Virus genome (UHGV): UHGV-0207212
From: a virus
Strand: one strand, 5' to 3'
DNA: 36,843 bases
The notes below the pieces were generated by a model. It saw only the letters and a list, made by a program, of their open reading frames with translations, made no database searches and was not told where the DNA came from. Each line of letters opens with the position of its first letter. Position 1 is the first letter of the stretch. Positions 1-7,873 of this stretch are shown here, in pieces. The translations under genes and the position numbers were made by a program.

Positions 1-3
1 TTG

Positions 4-531
4 TCAAATTCCATTCTTTTCCTCCTTGAATGTTTCCATGTTCCTTTTCATGCTTCTTTTCTCGTCCTCGGAAAGCATGAAAAAATCTACATTGTTCTTT
101 ATGCAGTAATCCTCCAGCTTCTCGGCTTTTGTCTTGCTATACATTGTTTTTTTTACCTGAAGATAAATGTAAGCTATAAAGCTGGTTCTTATCTTCAACT
201 TGTTTTTAAGTATCTGCTCGATCACAAGACTTACGCTGTCTATCGCCAGCTCTTCCTTATGATCCCTGGAAAAAATCAGCTTCTTTTCTTTTGCCTCCTT
301 GCTTATGATTTTTCTTGCAATCTCCAGCAGAAGCAGAAATATCTTGTCAAGCTTTTCTGTCCTGCCGTGGTAGTATTCATATTGCAAGTTCATAAGCCTC
401 TGGTTGTCATTCTCTGGTTTTTCAAAAAAGGGCAAGTCATCAATCTCTTTCTTCTCCTCCTGTTTCTCCTGCTCAAAAAAATCAAAGTCAAGAAGATACT
501 GGAAGCCGCATTTTGTTTTCTCTCCGCTCAT
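4..531 (-). CDS. Putative sigma-factor region 2-like late transcription factor
   Basis: KEELAIDSVSLVIEQI and RTSFIAYIYLQVKKTM resemble sigma70 regions 2.2 and 2.3-2.4; lies downstream of the replication genes; no region 4 evident. Confidence 0.5.
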   Translation of the reverse strand: MSGEKTKCGFQYLLDFDFFEQEKQEEKKEIDDLPFFEKPENDNQRLMNLQYEYYHGRTEKLDKIFLLLLEIARKIISKEAKEKKLIFSRDHKEELAIDSVSLVIEQILKNKLKIRTSFIAYIYLQVKKTMYSKTKAEKLEDYCIKNNVDFFMLSEDEKRSMKRNMETFKEEKNGI

Positions 532-533
532 CC

Positions 534-974
534 TTATTTTCCTGTAAGTCTTGCAGCCTCTTCCCTAAAAGCCTTGCAGCACATCTTGCACTTGCAGTAT
601 TCCCAGTCCTCCTTCTTGCATGTATAAAAAGGATTTCCGAACATCCTGCAATATGATTTCTCTGTGCATTCAAAGCACCTTCCGCCGCCGCGATAGAATT
701 TATCCGCAAGGTCTTTCGGAATCGGATAGTCCACGTTAATCCTTATAAAATTGCCCGGTAATTCATACCCGCATTTTAAGACAAGGCTTCTTGAAAAACG
801 GCTTTCAAGAAGATTTCCTGTTTTCTCGGCGTCGTCTTCTTTCGCTCTTCTCCAGCATGTGTAGCAGACTGTCTGGCTCACCGGGTAACTTGTGCCGCAT
901 ACCTTGCATTGCCGCCATGCCATCAGTTTCTTGATTTCTTCCTGTCCGTTTTCAGTTGATCTCCTGTCCGCCAT
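534..974 (-). CDS. Cys-rich putative zinc-binding protein
   Basis: Multiple CxxC pairs; GGGAGG RBS before the ATG at 974. Confidence 0.6.
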   Translation of the reverse strand: MADRRSTENGQEEIKKLMAWRQCKVCGTSYPVSQTVCYTCWRRAKEDDAEKTGNLLESRFSRSLVLKCGYELPGNFIRINVDYPIPKDLADKFYRGGGRCFECTEKSYCRMFGNPFYTCKKEDWEYCKCKMCCKAFREEAARLTGK

Positions 975-2067
975 AGCTTCCTCCCATTTCGCTTTCAAAG
1001 TCCGACTTCAGCTTCTGTCCGTATCCTGAAAGGCATTTCTCTTCCTGAAAATCAAAATAACTTGCATCGGTCGGCATTCCTCTCTCGACCCATTCGTCGT
1101 GGTAATGCTCAAAGATTTTAGGAATAAAGCGCGGGTTGCCTTTCATTTCGTCAAGAAGCTGTGCTTCTATCTGCTCCGGCGTTCTCCGTGATTCTTCCTG
1201 GTTGTCGGCTTTTCGGACTAAAAATCGGTTTTTGTCAAAATTCGCCGGCAGAAGGTCATAGAACCACTGCTTCTGGATGAGCTGGTAGAAGCCTATCTTC
1301 TGTCTGAATCCGCAGTAGGTATCGGGATTTGAGTAGATGTCCGCAAAATTCCTGCAAGCCTGTATTATGTCGTCGCTGTGCACATTCTGGAGCTCTTCTT
1401 TCCTGTGGATAGCAGAAATGGCGTTCTTGAAATCAGTTTGCAGAAATGAGATTTCGTTTTCCTTTGCGCACGGAAGCCTTGCTTTTTTGAAAATCTCAAA
1501 TATTTTTTTTGAATATTCAGTTTGAGGCGGAGAGAGTGTGTTAAAAACCTCTTCGCCTGCGTTAAGATTATGATTCTCTCTCTCATTCCCATTAACATTT
1601 AGATTATCATTATGATTATGATTAAGATTATGATTAAGATTATGATTATTAAGGGTTGTTTGGTTGTTTTCGGGTTGTTTTGGTTGTTTTTCTTCAAAAT
1701 AGGTTGTTTCAGTTGTTTTTAGGTTGTTTCGGTTGTTTTCAACTTTTTCGGGTTGTTTTTCATAATTTGAGTTGTTTTTACAAAAATCAGTTGTTTCGTT
1801 GTTTTCTTCTATATCATAGAGATTCTTCTTTTGTGCGTTCTGGTTTCCGCTTGGCGCGCCGCCTTTTGATGACTTTGAGTTGTCTATAAGGTCTTTCATC
1901 GGCAGCCAGATAATCATCTCTATGTCATTGAGATTTTCCGGCTCAGTGCCGAACATTCCATAGTTTGTGACCGCCTCATAGAATTTCAGCTTCATTTCTG
2001 GCGTCGGCATTAAGTCAATCTGTTTTTTTGTTGTCTCTGAAAAAACAAAGCTCTTGAACCTGTTCAT
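952..2067 (-). CDS. Replication initiator (DUF6291-like N-terminus)
   Basis: N-terminal SFVF...FYEAVTNYGMFGTEP pattern, central low-complexity region made of DNA repeats, position after the recombination genes. Confidence 0.75.
   Translation of the reverse strand: MNRFKSFVFSETTKKQIDLMPTPEMKLKFYEAVTNYGMFGTEPENLNDIEMIIWLPMKDLIDNSKSSKGGAPSGNQNAQKKNLYDIEENNETTDFCKNNSNYEKQPEKVENNRNNLKTTETTYFEEKQPKQPENNQTTLNNHNLNHNLNHNHNDNLNVNGNERENHNLNAGEEVFNTLSPPQTEYSKKIFEIFKKARLPCAKENEISFLQTDFKNAISAIHRKEELQNVHSDDIIQACRNFADIYSNPDTYCGFRQKIGFYQLIQKQWFYDLLPANFDKNRFLVRKADNQEESRRTPEQIEAQLLDEMKGNPRFIPKIFEHYHDEWVERGMPTDASYFDFQEEKCLSGYGQKLKSDFESEMGGSYGGQEIN
1603..1805. repeat. Probable replication origin iterons inside the initiator gene
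   Basis: 12 copies of GTTGTTT (1655-1804) next to AT-rich GATTAT/GATTAA tandem repeats. Confidence 0.7.
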
Positions 2068-2119
2068 ATATTTCCCCTTAAAATCTTTTCAGTTCTTTTT
2101 CCACAATTTTCTTTATATT

Positions 2120-2548
2120 TTACTCCTTCAGCGCAATCTGCCAGTCCGCCGCCAGAAGGTGCGCCGCTTCTATCAGCTTTGCGCATTCCTCGGTGTCGCA
2201 TTCGTGCTCGCTTTTCGGCAGAAGATAGCCGTTGATTATCGTGTAAGGGTAGTTAAGGGCTTCAACCGCCTTCATCTTCACGCAGTATTTTATTTCGTCG
2301 TAGCTGTGGTTTGTGATGTTGCAAAGCTGCACTATGTGTCCGTTCAGGTGGTGGTTCTGGCTGTTCGCTCCTGTTGTTCTTGGTCTGTAGGGCGGTTTTA
2401 TCGTAACCTGCACAAAGTCGTTGTATTTTTCACGGCAGGAAACAAGAATCTTTTTCAGAGCCTCCCGGATTCCCTCGTCCTCTGGAATCTCAAGGCACAG
2501 AAATCCTTTTCTGAAAACTCTTTTCATTGTGATTCTTATTTCCGCCAT
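2120..2548 (-). CDS. NinB/Orf-like recombination-associated protein
   Basis: RPRT...SQNHHLNG and KSEHECDTEECAKLIE patterns; located between the SSAP and the initiator. Confidence 0.5.
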   Translation of the reverse strand: MAEIRITMKRVFRKGFLCLEIPEDEGIREALKKILVSCREKYNDFVQVTIKPPYRPRTTGANSQNHHLNGHIVQLCNITNHSYDEIKYCVKMKAVEALNYPYTIINGYLLPKSEHECDTEECAKLIEAAHLLAADWQIALKE

Positions 2549-2561
2549 GATTCTTTATCTC

Positions 2562-3335
2562 CTAGAACGGAATGTCTTCCGGGAATTCTTCAGCAGGATC
2601 TTTCTGTGCCGACCGTTCGCTATAAAGCTCCGAGAGATAGTCGATAACCTGCCTTGCAGTCCGGCTCTGTCTCCAGGTTCCGACCTTCGCGCATTCCTCT
2701 TTTGTGAATACAAGCGAGCCGTCGGAAAATTTCTTTCCTAGAAGTTCGTTTATAATGTCCCGCTCTTCCTGCGTGTCAGGACCGCCTTTCATCTGTGGAG
2801 CTGCCTGTCTTTGCTGTTGTGGCTGGTTTGAACGGTTCGGGCTATGGCTGGTGTTGTTCGGAGCTGCGCCTTGCTGCTGTTCCTGCGGAGTGTCCTTGTA
2901 CTTCGAGCCGTCCCAGCGTCCGGCGTAGATGTCGGCCGCAACGCCCAGCATTTTAAGGCTTGTGCTGAACGCGTCTGTAACCGCCATTTTGTAGCCTTCG
3001 TCGTTTGATTGAAGCCCCGCCGCGTTGAATGCGTTCACCAGCTTGCTTCCGCCGATTCCGACTATAGGGTCTGACCATTCCTTTGTGTCCGCGTTCCTGA
3101 TGAATACCGCCACCTGCGCGAATGCCAGGACTTCACTTTTTGCGCCGTTCTCTGTCCACAGCTTCTGTATCTCATATTTCCAGCCGATTCCGACAAGCCC
3201 GAATTTCTCGGTCATAGCCTCATACCTCCATTGCGGATTAATGTCGGTTTTTCCTTTCAGGTTTCCGGCAGTTATCTGCCTTAGAGCCGTAGCAGGCGGC
3301 TGGCTCAATGATTTGTATATTTCTATTGCGTTCAT
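2562..3335 (-). CDS. Rad52/Sak-like single-strand annealing protein
   Basis: FGLVGIGWKYEI and EGYKMAVTDAFSTSLKMLGVAADIY motifs; acidic DIPF tail; adjacent to SSB. Confidence 0.8.
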   Translation of the reverse strand: MNAIEIYKSLSQPPATALRQITAGNLKGKTDINPQWRYEAMTEKFGLVGIGWKYEIQKLWTENGAKSEVLAFAQVAVFIRNADTKEWSDPIVGIGGSKLVNAFNAAGLQSNDEGYKMAVTDAFSTSLKMLGVAADIYAGRWDGSKYKDTPQEQQQGAAPNNTSHSPNRSNQPQQQRQAAPQMKGGPDTQEERDIINELLGKKFSDGSLVFTKEECAKVGTWRQSRTARQVIDYLSELYSERSAQKDPAEEFPEDIPF

Positions 3336-3348
3336 CTTTTTATCTCCT

Positions 3349-3726
3349 CTAGTTTCCGTAGTAACCGTAGCCGTTGTTCTGCTGCTGGCTGTCGTTGCCG
3401 GAATTTCCGCCGAGCAGCTGGACGTTTTCCGCGCCGACTGTCACCCGGCTGAAATTCTGTCCGTCTTTCTGCCACCGCTCCTGCTTTAAAAAGCCCTCGG
3501 CCGCTATCTGCTTTCCTTTTGTCAGGTAGGGCCGGAGGCTTTCCGCCATTTTTCCGTAGATTTTCACATCAAAAAAACTTGCCTCATCAATCCACTGGTC
3601 GTCCTGTTTCCGGCTTCTGTTCACGGCGATTGACAGGTTGCCGATGGCCGCGCCGCTGTTCGTGTATTTTATTTCAATGTCCTTTGTTAGCCGTCCTACA
3701 AGGATTACCTTGTTTATGTCTGTCAT
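3349..3726 (-). CDS. ssb: Single-stranded DNA-binding protein
   Basis: INKVILVGRLTKDIEIKYT and YLTKGKQIAAEG; AGGAG RBS before the ATG at 3726. Confidence 0.95.
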   Translation of the reverse strand: MTDINKVILVGRLTKDIEIKYTNSGAAIGNLSIAVNRSRKQDDQWIDEASFFDVKIYGKMAESLRPYLTKGKQIAAEGFLKQERWQKDGQNFSRVTVGAENVQLLGGNSGNDSQQQNNGYGYYGN

Positions 3727-3884
3727 ATAAGCTCCTTCTGTCGGGCAAAAGCACCGCACAAAGTTTATAAGCCTTGTGCGGTCTTAGGTTTTACCCTGGC
3801 TGTCTTTCCAGCTGTCAATCCAAATTGCATTTGCTGCGTGTCTTTTTCCACGCCGTCAATATATCTTTCCCATACGGGAAGATT

Positions 3885-4109
3885 TCATTTTGTGTACACT
3901 CCAGAACCCTTGTCCTGAAGCTCTGAGTAGGTTATGCCGTGGTCTGACATATAGCCACGCAGGTCTAAAAACTGGCTGCGTGTAAGGGTGAATACAAGGG
4001 CGTATTCCTCCAGGTGTTTCAGGACAATCTGCCTGATTGCCTCCGCGTTGCTTTCCAGCGTTCCAAGTGTGAGGCGGCTCTGAAGCTCTAGTTCTTTGCT
4101 TTCAAGCAT
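3885..4109 (-). pseudogene. Probable internally deleted DUF1351-like gene
   Basis: Good RBS; the N- and C-terminal patterns of DUF1351-like proteins are directly fused in 74 aa. Confidence 0.4.
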
Positions 4110-4264
4110 TTTTCCGCCTCCTTTTTAATGTTACTTTTCATACAGTAACCTCCTGTTTTTTTTGGTTGTCTGGCGGCCACCTTTTCAACCTATGCCGCTG
4201 CCCCGCAATGAACGGGGAGGGATTCTCTCCAGCGGTTAGCCTATAAGCACTCTTACAGCCACAT

Positions 4265-4426
4265 TTAATCCTCCATTACGCCGTCTACCTCGATGATGAA
4301 ATCCTCACCGAGCCATGTGGCTGTAACGACTTCATGGGGCGAGCCATCTCCCATGATTACATCCCAGAGTTTCTGAGAGCCGTTATCAGCAATCAGTTTC
4401 CATTCACCTTTGTGAAGTCCTTTCAT
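4265..4426 (-). CDS. Small hypothetical early protein (53 aa)
   Basis: MKGLHKGEWKLIADNG...; GGAG RBS; first ORF after the early promoter; below the ORF-track cutoff. Confidence 0.6.
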   Translation of the reverse strand: MKGLHKGEWKLIADNGSQKLWDVIMGDGSPHEVVTATWLGEDFIIEVDGVMED

Positions 4427-4437
4427 ATTTTTCTCCA

Positions 4438-4483
4438 GAAAACAAAAAAGCCGCCTACCTTAAAAACGCTCTGGTAGACGGCT
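4438..4483 (-). terminator. Intrinsic terminator/attenuator in the early leader
   Basis: AGCCGTCTACC/GGTAGGCGGCT stem followed by a T-run. Confidence 0.7.
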
Positions 4484-4549
4484 CTTGTAGAACCTTAAAG
4501 GCTCAAAAAAAGGAGCGTTATCTTCTTTTCAACCCTTAATCTGATACCC

Positions 4550-4578
4550 AAGATAACGCATAAAATTGGCAATGTCAA
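4550..4578 (-). promoter_or_regulatory. Sigma70 early promoter
   Basis: TTGACA-17 nt-TATCTT; the -10 overlaps one arm of the 10-bp inverted repeat GCGTTATCTT (4515-4524 / 4550-4559). Confidence 0.7.
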
Positions 4579-4620
4579 GTGAATTCGTTAAATTGGGTAA
4601 AAAAAATTAAAATAAAATAC

Positions 4621-4649
4621 TAAAGTTTTTTACCCATTCCTGCCGAAAC
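4621..4649 (+). promoter_or_regulatory. Sigma28 (FliA)-like promoter of the DDE gene
   Basis: TAAAGTTT...GCCGAAAC, 8 nt before an ATG that has no SD; spacing slightly longer than the enteric consensus. Confidence 0.45.
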
Positions 4650-4657
4650 CTAAAAGT

Positions 4658-5914
4658 ATGAAACGCTCGCAATATCTTCACCAGCAGAAAAGGAAGGCTT
4701 ATTATATTCCTTTATGCTGTGAAGGGAAAATTACAGAAAAAGAATGCGCAAGAAAACTCGGAATGTCTGAATATGGAGTTACACTTCTCAAGCGCAGGTA
4801 TAGAAAAAAGGGCGGGCTTGCCTTTGTGAACGGCCATAAAAACCAGATTCCGGCGAATAAAAAATATCTGTATCCGTTTTGCAAGCAAATTGTTAATATC
4901 TATCATAATTATTGGGATGAATGTCCTATATCAACTTTTCATAAAGCCCTGAAAAAATTCTATAGCATTGAAGTTTCCTACAATTCTCTTCTGAAAATAA
5001 TGCGAGATTCTGGAATAAAACCGCCGCGGTCCTGGAACACAAAGGAAAAGAAGGAGCATAAAAGCCGCAAGGAACGAAAGCACGCGGGCGAGCTTGTTCA
5101 GATGGACGCTTCCACACACGACTGGTTTATGAATGGAACTCTTGCTTCTCTGCATGGTGGAATTGACGACGCGACGCATACGGTTACGGGGCTTTATTTT
5201 TGTCTGAACGAGTGCAGGCTCGGTTATAACGAGGTTCTGCGCCAAACCTGGGAAAAGTTCGGAATTCCGCAGGCCTATTACATCGACCGTCATTCATCTT
5301 TTGTATCCTCTAAAAGAAAAAAAGGGCGCACTTTTACGGAACGTCTGGAACTCTCAAAGAATGAAAGCACGCATTTTAACGACCTGTGCCGCGAGCTGGA
5401 TATTGAGGTCATCCTTGCTCTTTCCGCGCAGGGCAAAGGGCGGATTGAGAGGCTCTGGCAGACACTTCAAGGACAGCTTCCGTTTATTTTCCGTTTCCTG
5501 AAAATCACAACAATACAAGGCGCGAACAGCTTCATTGAATCGTGGCTTGATTCATTCAATAAAAGATTTTCAATAAAGCCGCGGGATTCGCAGAATCTGT
5601 TCCGCCAGCTTCCTAAAGGCTTCAGTCTGGATTACAAGCTGTCATTAAAATTCACCTGCCGTACGGATTCAATGGGATATTTTACATTTCACGACTGCGA
5701 TTTCCGTCTTGTCGCTCCAAACCGTGCGTTCAGGCATTTTGAGCTGTGTCTTTCCGAGCAGTTCGGGCTTCGCGCATATATGAACGGCGTCTGGTATTCG
5801 ATTATTCTGGCAGAAAAATATCTTCAAGATTTGGTCTATGACACAATGCCGATTGTAGAAAAAGACCTTATAAACCGCTATCTTCTAAGCAATCTTCATT
5901 CAGACTACGCCTGA
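4658..5914 (+). CDS. DDE transposase/integrase, IS1202/ISNCY-like; candidate phage integrase
   Basis: N-terminal HTH; GELVQMDASTHDWF, YYIDRHSSF and QGKGRIERLWQTLQ supply the D-D-E triad. Confidence 0.88.
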   Translation: MKRSQYLHQQKRKAYYIPLCCEGKITEKECARKLGMSEYGVTLLKRRYRKKGGLAFVNGHKNQIPANKKYLYPFCKQIVNIYHNYWDECPISTFHKALKKFYSIEVSYNSLLKIMRDSGIKPPRSWNTKEKKEHKSRKERKHAGELVQMDASTHDWFMNGTLASLHGGIDDATHTVTGLYFCLNECRLGYNEVLRQTWEKFGIPQAYYIDRHSSFVSSKRKKGRTFTERLELSKNESTHFNDLCRELDIEVILALSAQGKGRIERLWQTLQGQLPFIFRFLKITTIQGANSFIESWLDSFNKRFSIKPRDSQNLFRQLPKGFSLDYKLSLKFTCRTDSMGYFTFHDCDFRLVAPNRAFRHFELCLSEQFGLRAYMNGVWYSIILAEKYLQDLVYDTMPIVEKDLINRYLLSNLHSDYA

Positions 5915-5942
5915 TTTTCCTGTTTTTTCGTCGCCTCTGGGG

Positions 5943-6143
5943 TTATTTTTTATCCTGTAACGCCAAGTCAACTAAATATCGGCTTGGCGTTTTCCCTTGT
6001 TTTTCCGCATTGCTTTTTATCAATGCCAGCTCATGTTCTAAGCATGAAACGCTGAATGTTTTATAGACCTTTTTGTTTTCTTTTGTTGTGCCTTTTGGTC
6101 TACCAGCACCCTCACGTTTTCCGCCATACTTAGAAACTTCCAT
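5943..6143 (-). CDS. Small DNA-binding protein (GGxRxGAGRP motif plus RHH-like C-terminus)
   Basis: GGKREGAGRPKG; IKSNAEKQGKTPSRYLVDLAL. Confidence 0.65.
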   Translation of the reverse strand: MEVSKYGGKREGAGRPKGTTKENKKVYKTFSVSCLEHELALIKSNAEKQGKTPSRYLVDLALQDKK

Positions 6144-6166
6144 TTTTACACCGCTATTATTATTCA

Positions 6167-6210
6167 GCGGCAGCCTTCATAGAAAAATCGGGCGTTTTGA
6201 GTAAGCAGGA
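6167..6210 (+). repeat. Left inverted repeat of the tail-fibre invertible segment
   Basis: 43/44 identical to the reverse complement of 6791-6834. Confidence 0.95.
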
Positions 6211-6478
6211 AAGCCAGAATTTGAGCCACACTCACTCAATAACTCACAGCCACAACATCACGGATCCAGGACACTCCCACGGTATACCAACAGGCTCTCA
6301 AGATGGACACAATGGAGGATATAACGACCACGGATATGCTTTTGAAACAAACAACAAAACTGTACTCTCAAAAACAGGGATAACTGTGGATTCGTTTAGC
6401 GGAGACAGCGGTTCTAGCGGCGGTGATGAAAATCGCCCTGCGAACTATACAATCCGTGTATGGAAACGCACTGCCTAA
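6167..6478 (+). other. Silent alternative tail-fibre C-terminal cassette
   Basis: Reads AAAFIEKSGVLSKQESQNLSHTH...ENRPANYTIRVWKRTA; paralogous to the fibre tip, with no start signal of its own. Confidence 0.9.
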
Positions 6479-7260
6479 GCGGTTCTTTTCCATATTCTGA
6501 CGGAGAAGTTGGTTGGTCTTGTTTCATTGTCTCCTGTAATTCCTGAATTGCCGTCTGTCGGTTCAGAGGTATAGCCGCTCCAGCTACGGCTCGCAACAAA
6601 GCTACAGTCAGCATAAGTATTTGCTTTGTCATCTTCCCAGCGTGGCCGTGATTTTTGGTCATAAGAAATAGTAAATGCTCCAGACGCTCCGTTATAAATG
6701 TCTTTTGTTCCTGATAGTGATCCGGTGATTTCCATTGTTCCCCTTGAGTGCTTATGGGCTATTGTATGCCAATGGCTTTGTATGCTCTGATCCTGCGTAC
6801 TCAAAACGCCCGATTTTTCTATGAAGGCTGCCGCGCCGCCGCCTGACGCACGGAAAAACGCTCCGTTATAGGAGAGTTCCACCCAGGTTGTTTTCGGAAA
6901 AAGCTCCTGAGGGCTTTTTTGCTGCGGATACTGGACGTAGGTGATTCCAACAGGCCAGGCCTCATTGATTGCCTCCGCTTTTATCTTGTTCAGGACAGCA
7001 AGAAGCTGACCTGCTGCATTTATGTCCGGCGTTACAGACCTTGATTCAAGAACAGTGTTGATTTCCTGCTCAACGCTCTTCACACCTGTGTTAAGGGCGG
7101 TCACTCCCTTTGTCGCTCCGTTCAGAAACCAGTTCAGCCATTCAGCAGGCAGCACGTCGCTCGGAATGAATCCAGCCGCATATTTCGCATCGTTCGGCTG
7201 CGACTTCTGCCCTGCGTTCGCAAATTCAGGATAGTTTTCAAATGTTTGTGTTGGTATCAT
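6475..7260 (-). CDS. Tail fibre / receptor-binding protein
   Basis: AWPVGITYVQ collar motif, HxH motifs, ETRPTNFSVRIWKRTA end; follows the baseplate genes. Confidence 0.9.
   Translation of the reverse strand: MIPTQTFENYPEFANAGQKSQPNDAKYAAGFIPSDVLPAEWLNWFLNGATKGVTALNTGVKSVEQEINTVLESRSVTPDINAAGQLLAVLNKIKAEAINEAWPVGITYVQYPQQKSPQELFPKTTWVELSYNGAFFRASGGGAAAFIEKSGVLSTQDQSIQSHWHTIAHKHSRGTMEITGSLSGTKDIYNGASGAFTISYDQKSRPRWEDDKANTYADCSFVASRSWSGYTSEPTDGNSGITGDNETRPTNFSVRIWKRTA
6791..6834 (-). repeat. Right inverted repeat, inside the tail fibre gene
   Basis: Partner of 6167-6210, in the same reading frame. Confidence 0.95.
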
Positions 7261-7288
7261 ATATGCCTCTCTTTTATTTTATAGTTTT

Positions 7289-7873
7289 TTAGTTTGTTCC
7301 TGCGGTTATAATCACCTGCGGGCTTGTCGCGAGCCTGTAGAACAGCTGTGTCAGAATCCATACGTTCTTGTATCCGATGTTCCGCTCAAAACCCACGGTT
7401 ATGTCGCTGTTGCTGTCCCAGCCGATTGTGTACCGGGAGTCTATCAGCTGTGCTATCTGGTCGACAGCATACAGTGTTATTCCGTACCGCTTTATGTACG
7501 CCACCTTGTCAAGGAAGTTTCTATATAGCCCCAGGTCCATATAGTCGCTCGCGGTCTTTTTTGTTGAACTGAACCGTCCGCCGACTTCCGAGCCGACTGT
7601 GGCAAGTCCGTTCTGCAGGTCCTGATATTGTGGCAGCACTGAAAGGATAAGAACATTTTCCTGCGAGAACCCGACCGGCACAAGCGGTCGCGGATAGCCG
7701 ATTATGCACCCTATGCTCTCCAGCTCCGTTTCCTGCGCCGTGAGTATCGACATCTTGTAAAGATAGTTTTCGATTATGTCCGCATTTTTCAGACGCTCGT
7801 CCATTGCCGCAAGAACCGCGTTTACTACAGGACCGTTCATCTGCTTCGGAAGATATGGGCTTTGCTGTATCAT
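7289..7873 (-). CDS. Baseplate wedge protein (DUF2612-like)
   Basis: TAQETELESIGCIIGYPR motif; located between baseplate J and the fibre. Confidence 0.7.
   Translation of the reverse strand: MIQQSPYLPKQMNGPVVNAVLAAMDERLKNADIIENYLYKMSILTAQETELESIGCIIGYPRPLVPVGFSQENVLILSVLPQYQDLQNGLATVGSEVGGRFSSTKKTASDYMDLGLYRNFLDKVAYIKRYGITLYAVDQIAQLIDSRYTIGWDSNSDITVGFERNIGYKNVWILTQLFYRLATSPQVIITAGTN

Noticed and set aside
1603..1805. CRISPR array
   Set aside because: Short degenerate units without unique spacers, inside a CDS, and no cas genes
4570..5942. Ordinary bounded insertion sequence
   Set aside because: The TGT at 4573 has no matching right end after the stop codon, and no target duplication was found
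6167..7260. Diversity-generating retroelement (TR/VR pair) at the tail fibre
   Set aside because: The repeats are inverted rather than direct, differ at only one base, and no reverse transcriptase is present
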